Made by a program: the position numbers and the translations under genes. Under the pieces are notes generated by a model, which was not told the DNA's origin, did no database searches, and saw only the letters and a list, made by a program, of their open reading frames with translations. This document shows positions 18,371-27,005 of a DNA stretch of 32,000 nucleotides, piece by piece. Source of the DNA: Halomicronema hongdechloris C2206 (GTDB taxonomy: Bacteria; Cyanobacteriota; Cyanobacteriia; Phormidesmidales; Phormidesmidaceae); assembly GCF_002075285.3 (NCBI RefSeq), contig NZ_CP021983.2:2790001-2822000 (forward strand). The letters run 5' to 3'. How positions within the stretch are numbered: position 1 is the first letter of the stretch; each line of letters opens with the position of its first letter.

Positions 18371-18625
18371 ATGACCTACCTGCAAGAACAACAACTGCTA
18401 GAGCGCATCACCATCAACCCTGACATTTTTGGCGGTAAGCCGATTATTCGAGGGCGCAGGTTAGCAGTAGAACACATTTTAGGAATGCTAGCGGCTGGCG
18501 ATTCTGTGGAAACGCTACTAGAGGGCTATCCCTGGTTAGAACAGGAAGACATCCAAGCTTGTCTGGTCTACGCTCATCGTCTCATTGGCCATGAGCGGGT
18601 TGAGCCTCTCCTGATCGAGGCTTAA
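18371..18625 (+). CDS. DUF433-family antitoxin-like protein
   Basis: ITINPDIFGGKPIIRGRRLAVEHILGMLAAGDS..LLEGYPWLEQEDIQACLVYA is the characteristic DUF433 pattern. A GAGGA SD precedes the ATG, and there is a 2-nt gap to the next gene. Confidence 0.75.
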   Translation: MTYLQEQQLLERITINPDIFGGKPIIRGRRLAVEHILGMLAAGDSVETLLEGYPWLEQEDIQACLVYAHRLIGHERVEPLLIEA

Positions 18626-18627
18626 CC

Positions 18628-18890
18628 ATGAAGCTTTTACTCGATAGCTGTGTTTGGGGAGGTGCCAAATTACCTTTATCTGAAGCGGGTCATGATGTCG
18701 TTTGGGCCGGGGATTGGGATAGCGACCCAGGAGACGCAGAAATTCTGCTAACGGCCTATCAGGAAGGACGGGTGCTGGTGACGATTGACAAAGACTTTGG
18801 TGAGTTGGCCATCGTGCGGGGCACCCCCCACTGCGGCATTATTCGATTGGTCAACTGGAAAGCGCGACAACAGGCCATCGCCTGCTTATA
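18628..18890 (+). pseudogene. DUF5615-family (PIN/Mut7-C-like) toxin gene, last 9 codons displaced by IS630
   Basis: MKLLLDSCVW...AEILLTAYQEGRVLVTIDKDFGEL...GIIRL is the DUF5615 pattern. Removing 18891-20026 joins it in frame to 20027-20054, giving ...ACLYQYLDGSPE* (96 aa in total). Confidence 0.7.
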
Positions 18891-20024
18891 CCAATTACAA
18901 GTGAGTATGCGCCATAGCAAAAGCGCATACTCAGAAATCAGGAAGTGCCATGGGTCGTCCTCTCAAGATTGCGATCGCCGAAAGCGAAGACCGCCTCAAA
19001 AAGTCCCTGCAAGGAGCGCGTACAGCGAGCCAAAAAGAACGGTTGCAAATGCTCTACTGGCTCAAAAGTGGACAGATTGATCGGCGCGATGAATTAGCCC
19101 GTCGCTTAGGGCGAGACAACGCCACCGTGACTCGCTGGCTCGGCAAGTACCGTCAAGGTGGCCTAGCACGATTACTACATGAGGGTAAAGCCCCTGGCAA
19201 AACGCCTCAGGTGCGCGGCCAAGCGTTAGCGGCCTTGAAAGCTCGATTGGCACAACCCCAGGGATTTCGTAGCTATGGAGAGGTGCAGCAGTGGCTGCAG
19301 GCGGAGTGGGGCATCGAGTTGTCCTACACGGCGGTTCATCAACTGGTGCGCTATCGCCTCCGAGCCAAGCTGAAAGTGCCTCGGCCTCGAAGCGTTAAGA
19401 CCGACCCAGCGACCCAAACCGCGTTTAAAAACCCTCCCCTTAGCGATGCGGGAACTGCAGCGATTGCAGGGCGGTCAACGTCGGGTGCGTTACCTATGCC
19501 AAGATGAGACCCGCTTAGGACTCAAAACGATTGCTGGCCGATTACTGACGGCCCCCGGCATCAAACCCATCGGACCTCAGCAGTGGCAACGAGAGGCCTT
19601 TTACCTCTATGGAGCAGTATGGAGCAGTCGAACCTCTCAGGGGCTTCAGCTTCTTCTACGAGTTCTCCCACCTCGACAGCACTTGCTTTCAGGAATTCCT
19701 CAACCAGTTGTCGGCGCAATTAGGGTCAGACCTTGCCCTGTTGAAACTCGACCGTTGCAGTGCCCACTGTGCCAAAGCCCTGGAATGGCCTGAGAACATC
19801 ATCCCGATTTTTCAACCGCCGCACTCGCCCGAACTCAATCCCATTGAGCGGGTTTGGCAAGCCCTGAAGCAGCCTTTGCGCTGGCAGAATTGCCCGTCCC
19901 TGGCGGCATTAAGGGGTGAGGTAACAGAGGTGCTAGAAACCCTGACCCCAGAGCATTTGATGTCCTTGACTTCCTATGATTTCGTCTTGGAAGCCCTATT
20001 GAGCGCAGCCTTATAAGTAATTGG
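18891..20024 (+). mobile_element. IS630-family insertion sequence (1134 bp), decayed
   Basis: Terminal inverted repeats are ccaattac (18891-) and gtaattgg (-20024). It is flanked by TA (18889-90 and 20025-26). A 10-bp perfect hairpin gagtatgcgc/gcgcatactc (18903-18932) lies upstream of the transposase ATG. Confidence 0.8.
18950..20016 (+). pseudogene. IS630-family transposase broken into three frames
   Basis: The HTH part is 18950..19507, the DE-containing part (VRYLCQDETRLGL) is in frame 19446.., and the C-terminal part (QPPHSPELNPIERVW) is 19609..20016. The lesions are a +1 frame change around the A5/C-run at 19427-19439 and a 10-bp tandem duplication atggagcagt at 19609-19618/19619-19628. 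Confidence 0.8.
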
Positions 20025-20104
20025 TATCAGTACCTGGATGGCTCACCTGAATAATTCAGGCTAAGCGACCTGAGAGACGCAATCGTGATGCGATCGCATG
20101 GGGA

Positions 20105-20147
20105 ATCTCGCTCGGGTAGGAGACTAGAGGATGCGATCGCAGCGGCT
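20105..20147. repeat. Copy B of the 43-bp direct repeat
   Basis: atctcgctcgggtaggagactagaggatgcgatcgcagcggct lies in the same orientation as copy A. It sits between the displaced DUF5615 3' end and the WYL regulator stop. Confidence 0.8.
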
Positions 20148-20214
20148 GCTGAGAAATCTATCCAGATCGCATCCAATTGGTTGAATATCTCTGGATCAGA
20201 GATCCACAACTGAC

Positions 20215-21165
20215 TCATCCCTGATGATTTCGATAAGCCCTTTCATATTCCTTCAGTAGCTGGTTAGCCATCCACTGAGGCTCAAGAACCTTGACGTTGC
20301 TACCATATTGCAGCATTCGTTGACGGAACCAAAACCAATGGTCTTCAGAGGTTTCAATATCGACGAATCGTTGATCCGGATCCCGATACAGTTCAACTTC
20401 GTTGGTTCGGCGGGGTTGGTAGTGGGCCAAGGGGCCACTCATACGGTATCGCACCTTTTCTGTCGGGAAGCTGAGTCTGGACCAGAGAGTATCTGAAGCA
20501 GGGTAAACCTTGAGGATACGATCAATGCGAAAGATCAGGTTTTGCTCGATGCTGGGCTGCTTTTCACTGTAACGAGGTGAAAAGTTAGAGATATGGGCAA
20601 ATAGGTATAGCAAGCCGTTGTGAAAGCGGAGTTCTGAGAGATCGCAGTCCCAGTTATTGGTTTTACCGGAACTGCTACGGTATCGAATGACGTAGCGACA
20701 TCCTCGCTGAAAGCGGTCTTGTAATTGTTTAACCGTCTCTTCTAGCTTAGTCTCGCTGTAATCAACAGGAGGACTAAAGGCAACTTTGACTTGGGATGGC
20801 TCAACGGGCTCACTTAGCTTGCCAATATGGAGTAGGTCACTGGCCTGGGCAGAGAAGCCCATATCGCTGAGGACATATGCTGCAAGTGCCAGAGAGTCTC
20901 TTTGCTTGGGAGAAAGCAGGACTGGGAAAGAGGACTCCACCAACTCGTAGGGGCGGTTAGGAGCACTGCTAATTGTAAAGCCACAGTCCCTGAGCTTCCG
21001 GATGGCTCGGCTAACTTTCTGATCAATGTCATTAGAGGACTGGCCATGCCGGTCTAGAAAATCCGTCATTCGGAGGCTCAATGCCTCACGGGTGAGAGGT
21101 TGCTCTGATAGGCACCTCAAGATTTCGAGGGAAAAGGCCAGAGAATGTAGCTTCGCGTCACTCAC
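20215..21165 (-). CDS. HTH-WYL-WCX transcriptional regulator, divergent from the cas operon
   Basis: N-terminal wHTH (LEILRCLSEQPLTREALSLRM), a central WYL-like beta region (RYVIRYRSSSGKTNNWDCDLSELRFHNGLLYLFAH) and a C-terminal extension. WYL regulators are known next to cyanobacterial type I-D loci. Confidence 0.7.
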   Translation of the reverse strand: MSDAKLHSLAFSLEILRCLSEQPLTREALSLRMTDFLDRHGQSSNDIDQKVSRAIRKLRDCGFTISSAPNRPYELVESSFPVLLSPKQRDSLALAAYVLSDMGFSAQASDLLHIGKLSEPVEPSQVKVAFSPPVDYSETKLEETVKQLQDRFQRGCRYVIRYRSSSGKTNNWDCDLSELRFHNGLLYLFAHISNFSPRYSEKQPSIEQNLIFRIDRILKVYPASDTLWSRLSFPTEKVRYRMSGPLAHYQPRRTNEVELYRDPDQRFVDIETSEDHWFWFRQRMLQYGSNVKVLEPQWMANQLLKEYERAYRNHQG

Positions 21166-21480
21166 TAGGAGGATGAGGTGGTGAGCAGCATGAGCAGTAG
21201 AGGGGACTCCAAATCATACACTTGCTCTATGTTTCAGTCCCGCCTGGCAGGATTCTGGTAAGTCGAGTCTTGATTCGGGTATCCCCTCCATGGCACAGAA
21301 TAGCATTCTACCCAGAAGCATGGAGAATAATTTGTGGTAATAGAACAAGTATATAAACCACTGTGCTACCTTAAATAAAAGCAGGGCCACACCAAAGCGG
21401 CGCAGCCCTCAAAAAACGCAGTTAGTCCACAGCTTCCAACTCAGACAACTGCTAACTCACAATATCCACGGAGGATACTC
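21166..21480. promoter_or_regulatory. Divergent intergenic control region (WYL regulator / cas operon)
   Basis: 315-bp AT-richer spacer between divergent genes. It contains a TATATAAA box near 21350 and a GGAGGA SD at 21469-21474. No operator could be defined by eye. Confidence 0.35.
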
Positions 21481-21747
21481 ATGAATTATAGCTTCAACTT
21501 CGGAGACTATAATGCCCCCCTGGCATTAGGCCTCAGAACGGAAGAAGTAGAAAAGATAGTGCCCTTGATTACCCAGCAAGCGATCACCGGCAAGTTGATC
21601 AGAGAGATGGCATCTCAAGGCGCCTTAGAAGTACGTTATCCACTTGGCAGTCTGGATATCAGGCCATCGGTTGAGGAAAAGGTCAATGGTCGTTGGCGAT
21701 GGGATATCTGGATTAAGCCAACGGCAGTTCATTTTCTTGGGAAATAG
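21481..21747 (+). CDS. Small hypothetical protein (88 aa) preceding cas3'
   Basis: It has a strong SD (GGAGGA, 6-nt spacing) and an ATG start. I recognise no family. Confidence 0.5.
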   Translation: MNYSFNFGDYNAPLALGLRTEEVEKIVPLITQQAITGKLIREMASQGALEVRYPLGSLDIRPSVEEKVNGRWRWDIWIKPTAVHFLGK

Positions 21748-21766
21748 CTTCTTTCTAAATCTACTG

Positions 21767-21837
21767 GGTGGCTTCTGTGAGCTTTACGGAAGCCACCTCC
21801 TACGGATAGGAGATGTTGTCTTTTTTTGACGACATCT
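21767..21837 (+). other. Twin hairpins between the small ORF and cas3'
   Basis: Hairpin 1 is ggtggcttc (21767-75) / gaagccacc (21789-97) with a 13-nt loop. Hairpin 2 is agatgttgtc (21811-20) / gacgacatct (28-37) with one G-U pair and a T7 loop. Confidence 0.45.
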
Positions 21838-21884
21838 AATTTGGTACTGGTATTACTATCGACCCAGATACCGGAATATAAATC

Positions 21885-24005
21885 ATGAAAGTTTTTCTTA
21901 AACCACTATATTCCAAGCTCAATGATGGGCCAGGGAACTGCCCTCTTGGGTGTCAAGAGAAGTGCCGAGTTGCTGAAAATTCAGATCTAAAGCCCCTAAA
22001 AGGCCAGTCTTGTGCCTTATCTTTACACCAGGCCCTTACCTGGGAAGCTGTGGTGCAAGGGGATACTGACGTAATCTTTAATACGGCGGCAACTGGGGAT
22101 GGGAAGTCTCTGGCTGCTACCTTACCTATTCTCTTGAATAAGAACCTCCGGATGGTGGGAATGTATCCCACTATCGAGCTGGTTGATGACCAGGATAGAA
22201 GTCACCGGGACAGTGATACCCGAAAGGGCTGGCATTCAACGTTTGGCTTGAATGCGGAAAAACGCATTGATCGTCTTTATGGTGAAGAACTTAGCCGTCG
22301 GGTACGCGATGGAGAAAGTAATCGGTTTCAAGAACTGCGCAAAGCAATCGAGAATAAGCCTCTGATATTAACTAACCCAGACATTTTTCATTTGATCACG
22401 CATTTTCAGTATAAGAACCCTGCTTATGGAGATTTTGAGCTTCCTTTGTTAATGGCTGAGTTTCCAGATTTCTGGTTATTTGACGAATTTCATATATTTG
22501 GACCACATCAGGAATCAGCTGTCATTAACAGCATGGGCTTTATTCGGCGGTCTCAGCGACGCAAGCGACGGTTCTTATTTACCTCTGCAACTCCCAAAGA
22601 TTCTTTCGTAAAACAACTTAAGGCAGCCGACTTTGGGGAACCCAAAATCATTCCTGGAAACTATTCAGATCATCCACAAGACGGATATCGAAAAATTCTT
22701 GAACCTGTCGAACTTGAATTTATGCAGCTCAAAAAACAGGATGTTTTGGAGTGGTTACAGGGGAAATACCACGAAGTCTATGAATGGCTAGCAAATGAGC
22801 AACGAGGGCGAGGACTAATCATCCTCAACTCAGTAGCTCAAGCTGGCAGAGTTGTTGATTTGCTGAAAGGTTTATTTCAGAACTCGGTAGAGGTCGAGGA
22901 AATTAGTGGGCGGATGGATCGAGCTTCTCGTCAGGTAACTCAGGAAAAATTGAAACATTCCCGGAAACCTGTCCTGGTAATTGGTACATCGGCTGTAGAT
23001 GTTGGTGTAGATTTCAAAATTCATCTGCTGATTTTTGAAAGTAGTGACTCTGCCACTGTTATCCAACGACTCGGCAGGTTGGGGAGACATGAAGGTTTCA
23101 AGCATTATCGGGCGATTGCGCTACTGCCAGAATATGCCTCCTGGATTTTGGGCAAATTGAAAAAACAGCTCACTGAAGGGGCAAGCGTTGACCGTGAAGA
23201 GCTTCGCGATACCATCATTGACGCTTTTGATGCCCCCAAAGAGTTTCAGGAATATCGTCGGGAGTGGGGTGTAGTTCAGGCTCAAGGGATGCTGTCGCAG
23301 TTAAAAGCCAAAGAATATGCCAAGGTGATGCAGCCCGTCTACGAGCGCATCGCCAAAGATTTACAGCCTCTTTATGGCAGCAACATCATAGGCTTTGCCC
23401 AAAGAAAGTTACGAGATTACGATAAATCAGTCGCTGAGGCAATCCAGACCGAGTTGATTCGCTTTCGTGGTGGTACCAGTATCCAGGCTGCTGTATGGGA
23501 TGAGAACCGCTTTTACACCTACGACTTGCTCAGACTGTTGCCTTATACCCTGGTCGAAGTATTGGACGAAGCCGAATTCCTAGAAGCTGCCTATCGCAGA
23601 GGCTATCGGGACTACACCTTCCAATATGCCCAAGTGTTCTTAAAAGTACAGAGGTGGGTTGATGAGCGTATAGATATCCAGCTACGGACTGGACGGGATA
23701 GTAGCGAATTGCAATGCTGTGACTTAATTTTGCTTGGCAAACTCAGACTGTCTCAGCATCCCCAAGCCGATGTTATCAACTGCATGAGTCGCAAGAAGTT
23801 TCTTAGCTTCCTAGTACCAGGCGATTACTGGAAAGTGAGAGATGCCCTTAGAGTTGGTCCACTTTTTGGTTTGTATCCATTGTTAGATAGCTCCGAAAAA
23901 TCCTATGCCTGTGCTTTTGGGCAAGATGCTTTGCTACTTAAAGCGTTGAGAAATGGGCGCTTAAGCAAACTCTGCCGCCAAAATTCAGCCCCAATGTTTT
24001 TTTAG
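21885..24005 (+). CDS. cas3: Type I-D Cas3' helicase (no HD domain)
   Basis: Walker A NTAATGDGKSLAA, motif II LFDEFHIFG, motif III FTSATPK, GTSAVDVGVDF and motif VI QRLGRLGRHEG. It is the first gene of the cas10d-csc2-csc1-cas6 operon. Confidence 0.85.
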   Translation: MKVFLKPLYSKLNDGPGNCPLGCQEKCRVAENSDLKPLKGQSCALSLHQALTWEAVVQGDTDVIFNTAATGDGKSLAATLPILLNKNLRMVGMYPTIELVDDQDRSHRDSDTRKGWHSTFGLNAEKRIDRLYGEELSRRVRDGESNRFQELRKAIENKPLILTNPDIFHLITHFQYKNPAYGDFELPLLMAEFPDFWLFDEFHIFGPHQESAVINSMGFIRRSQRRKRRFLFTSATPKDSFVKQLKAADFGEPKIIPGNYSDHPQDGYRKILEPVELEFMQLKKQDVLEWLQGKYHEVYEWLANEQRGRGLIILNSVAQAGRVVDLLKGLFQNSVEVEEISGRMDRASRQVTQEKLKHSRKPVLVIGTSAVDVGVDFKIHLLIFESSDSATVIQRLGRLGRHEGFKHYRAIALLPEYASWILGKLKKQLTEGASVDREELRDTIIDAFDAPKEFQEYRREWGVVQAQGMLSQLKAKEYAKVMQPVYERIAKDLQPLYGSNIIGFAQRKLRDYDKSVAEAIQTELIRFRGGTSIQAAVWDENRFYTYDLLRLLPYTLVEVLDEAEFLEAAYRRGYRDYTFQYAQVFLKVQRWVDERIDIQLRTGRDSSELQCCDLILLGKLRLSQHPQADVINCMSRKKFLSFLVPGDYWKVRDALRVGPLFGLYPLLDSSEKSYACAFGQDALLLKALRNGRLSKLCRQNSAPMFF

Positions 24006-24018
24006 ATTGCAAATTACA

Positions 24019-27003
24019 ATGACTCTCCTACAAGACTTACTCACCACTACGCTGCAAGAAGAGCCCGATCCAGTTATTCAGAGGTTTGTTGAAACTGTGG
24101 TGCCCGCAATGGAACAGGAATTTGCCCTCGTTCCTGCTCTAGGGGGTTCTGATGCGGTACATCGTTACCGGCTCCGGGATGATCCATTTTGTGAAGAGAA
24201 AGTCCAGCGCTGGAACCAAAGTGCAGACCAAAGCTTACTAGTTCATGTCATCAATGCCATCCTAACAGCCTGGAATTTACAGACTTTTCTAGATGAGGAC
24301 AAACAGCTTACTGAGGAAGAGAAAAAACTGTTATGCTTGGGGCTAACGCTCCATGACTACAACAAATACTGTCAGGGGGAAGAAGAAGATGCACCCAAGA
24401 CCCATGAGGTTTCAGAGATCTTAGGGCTTTGCCATAAATTAGGGCATAAGCTGAACTTTACAGATTTTTGGCAAGACTGGGAAAATTATCTTGGTGATAT
24501 AGGTTTTCTAGCTCAGAATACACAGTATAAGACCGGAACCAATCCCAGGTTAGAAGTTTGGAATCCCAAGATTACTGATCAGAGAAGATTGAAAAATCCA
24601 CTTCGACCTCTCCTTGCTTTTGGGGATATTGCAGTTCATATGAATGACCCAGCGGATATCGTTACACCAAAGGAAGGCAACCAAAGTAGATCTCGCGGAC
24701 ATGCTTTAAGAGAACATCTGGAAACACTTCAAATAGAGAGAAAATTAGTTTATCACCGTTTGAGAGACTGCACTGGTCTGCTCACTACTGGCATCCACAA
24801 CGCTGTTTTACACTTCACTGAAGATTTAGACTGGAAACCCATCTTATTTTTTGCTCAAGGTGTCGTTTATCTAGCGCCGCTAGATTCAGAAACTCCAGAT
24901 CGAGAAACTATTCAAGCTGTGCTTTGGGAGCAAATCCAGCAGTTGCTAGCCAACAAAATGCTAAGTGGAGATATTGGGTTTAAGCGCGACGGCAAAGGTC
25001 TTAAAGTTGCTCCCCAGACTTTAGAAGTATTCAAGCCAGCTCAACTTATTCGTGGATTACCAGATGTCATCATCGCAAAGGTTGGGAACGCCAAGAATCC
25101 AGCTACACCTAAACGGTTAGCATCCTTAGAGTTAAGCGATACAGAGTGTCAAAAGCTTGAACCTGCGGCAGATTTAAGAAGTGATCGCTTAGCAGAGCTA
25201 ATTTTTTTAGCCCAAAAAGAGTTTTTCGGAGCCTGCCCTGACTTTGTACCCTGGGTTCTCAAATATTTGGGAATTGAACAAGGTATTTCACCAGAACAAA
25301 CTCAGGTTCAGTCAGGGGGAGTTAATTATGGTTGGTACCGTGCAGCAGCTTATTATATTGCTGTTACACAGAAAAACACTCTTGACAATGAGGAACTGGA
25401 GAAAATTCTAGAAAACCTGGCCTATAGCTTGGCTGATTGGGCAGAAGAGAATGATCTACTACCAGAATATAAAAGCCCAACCCAAGACGTTTTTCATCGA
25501 TATCTAAATCAAAATTTGGAAGTTTCAGGTTGGGAACCATGTCTAACATCATTTGATGATGAACTGTCGGCCTATACTGCGGCCAAAACCAAGGCTTCTA
25601 AGCAACCTATTTGCTCACTTAGCTCAGGAGAGTTTGCCTCAGAAGACCAAATGGACTCTGTTGTACTGTTCAAGCCGCAGCAATACAGCAACAAGAACCC
25701 CTTAGGTGGCAGACATATTAAGCGTGGCATCTCCAAAATTTGGTCTTTAGAAATGCTGATTAGGCAAGCTATGTGGGCTGTTCCTGCTGGCAAACTTGAA
25801 GATCAAAGACCTGTGTTTCTTTATATCTTCCCAGCTTATGTCTACTCGCCTCAAACAGCCAAAGTAGTTCGGGTTTTAATGGATGAACTCAAGGATCGCA
25901 TCAATTTCTGGGATATCCGTAAGTTTTGGCAAGAGAACAATATGGATATCCAGGCTTTGAGGTCATATTCGTGGTTGGAAGAAGAATCAGAAGCGGGGCG
26001 TTTCGGCAATCCAAACTATGGTCGTGGAGATAGGCGAGATTTACCGTTTGTAGCTATCACATATACAACAACACGAGGAAAAACGGTTACAGATGCCTGG
26101 ATTGAACCGGCTTTCCTGGCAATGGCTCTACCTATGCTGTTGGGGGTCAAGGTAGTGGCTTCAACCAGTCCGGCCCCGCTTTATAGCAGCGATAGCGAGT
26201 TTCGAGAGTCAGTAAAACTCGATGGGCCAGCAGGCTTTTGGAACTCGCTAGGCTTACCCAACTCATTGCATCTGGAGGAATGGTTACAGAATCGGGTTCA
26301 GCGGCTAGATGAATTACTGAACCGCTTGATGATCGCCTATGCCTTACATCTTGATTGTGAAGGAGATCCCCCAGATCCACGATGGAGAGCTTTCGCCAAT
26401 ACGGTCAGGGACATGATGACAGATGTCTTAAACATCTTCTCACTTGCAGCATCTCATTTTCGAGAGTTGAAACGAGAACCTTACCCAGATGAAGTTGGAC
26501 GCTACTGGCGCTATGCACAAATTTGGACAGAGGGAAATACCAATATGCAGAAAAAATTGAAGATTACGAAACAGCTTGTGACTGAATATCGCAAGTTTTA
26601 CAGGGTCAATCTAAGCGAATCGAGTCATGCCATCCTTTTACCTCTATCTAAGGCACTGGAATTGATACTGTCGGTACCAGAAGATTGGGATGATGAAGAG
26701 CTTATTTTGCAGGGTTCTGGTCAGCTTCAAGATGCCCTGGATCGCCAAAAAGTATACCGACCTATCCTTTCGGATAAATCTCTCCCTTACCAGGAACGTA
26801 AGGTTCAGGAATTAGAAGCTATTCAGGCATTTGTGACAACTTGCGTAAAAGATTTGTTTGGCGAAATGTGTAAGGGCGATCGCGCTCTACTCCAAGAAAA
26901 CCGCAATCGCATTAAATCGGGTGTCGAATTTGCCTACCGTTGGCTCACTCTGCAAGAAAGCCAAGCCGAAACTAAAAATCAAAAAACTGAAGGAGAAAAA
27001 TAA
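24019..27003 (+). CDS. cas10d: Type I-D large subunit Cas10d with N-terminal HD (Cas3'') domain
   Basis: About 1000-aa protein immediately after cas3' and before csc2, with the HD motif LGLTLHDYNKY near the N-terminus. An alternative TTG start is at 24007. Confidence 0.8.
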   Translation: MTLLQDLLTTTLQEEPDPVIQRFVETVVPAMEQEFALVPALGGSDAVHRYRLRDDPFCEEKVQRWNQSADQSLLVHVINAILTAWNLQTFLDEDKQLTEEEKKLLCLGLTLHDYNKYCQGEEEDAPKTHEVSEILGLCHKLGHKLNFTDFWQDWENYLGDIGFLAQNTQYKTGTNPRLEVWNPKITDQRRLKNPLRPLLAFGDIAVHMNDPADIVTPKEGNQSRSRGHALREHLETLQIERKLVYHRLRDCTGLLTTGIHNAVLHFTEDLDWKPILFFAQGVVYLAPLDSETPDRETIQAVLWEQIQQLLANKMLSGDIGFKRDGKGLKVAPQTLEVFKPAQLIRGLPDVIIAKVGNAKNPATPKRLASLELSDTECQKLEPAADLRSDRLAELIFLAQKEFFGACPDFVPWVLKYLGIEQGISPEQTQVQSGGVNYGWYRAAAYYIAVTQKNTLDNEELEKILENLAYSLADWAEENDLLPEYKSPTQDVFHRYLNQNLEVSGWEPCLTSFDDELSAYTAAKTKASKQPICSLSSGEFASEDQMDSVVLFKPQQYSNKNPLGGRHIKRGISKIWSLEMLIRQAMWAVPAGKLEDQRPVFLYIFPAYVYSPQTAKVVRVLMDELKDRINFWDIRKFWQENNMDIQALRSYSWLEEESEAGRFGNPNYGRGDRRDLPFVAITYTTTRGKTVTDAWIEPAFLAMALPMLLGVKVVASTSPAPLYSSDSEFRESVKLDGPAGFWNSLGLPNSLHLEEWLQNRVQRLDELLNRLMIAYALHLDCEGDPPDPRWRAFANTVRDMMTDVLNIFSLAASHFRELKREPYPDEVGRYWRYAQIWTEGNTNMQKKLKITKQLVTEYRKFYRVNLSESSHAILLPLSKALELILSVPEDWDDEELILQGSGQLQDALDRQKVYRPILSDKSLPYQERKVQELEAIQAFVTTCVKDLFGEMCKGDRALLQENRNRIKSGVEFAYRWLTLQESQAETKNQKTEGEK
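26545..27003 (+). CDS. cas11d: Candidate nested small-subunit gene (cas11d) translated from an internal start in cas10d
   Basis: An in-frame ATG at 26545 is preceded by GAGGGA (26530-35, 9-nt spacing) and would give a 152-aa helical product, MQKKLKITKQLVTEYRKFY.... Internal translation of Cas11 from large-subunit genes is established for type I-D. Confidence 0.4.
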   Translation: MQKKLKITKQLVTEYRKFYRVNLSESSHAILLPLSKALELILSVPEDWDDEELILQGSGQLQDALDRQKVYRPILSDKSLPYQERKVQELEAIQAFVTTCVKDLFGEMCKGDRALLQENRNRIKSGVEFAYRWLTLQESQAETKNQKTEGEK

Positions 27004-27005
27004 AC

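Noticed and set aside
21644-22171. ORFs 21644..21829(+) and 21953..22171(-)
   Set aside because: The first spans the hairpin region in a frame overlapping the small ORF's end. The second is antisense to cas3'. Neither has start signals.
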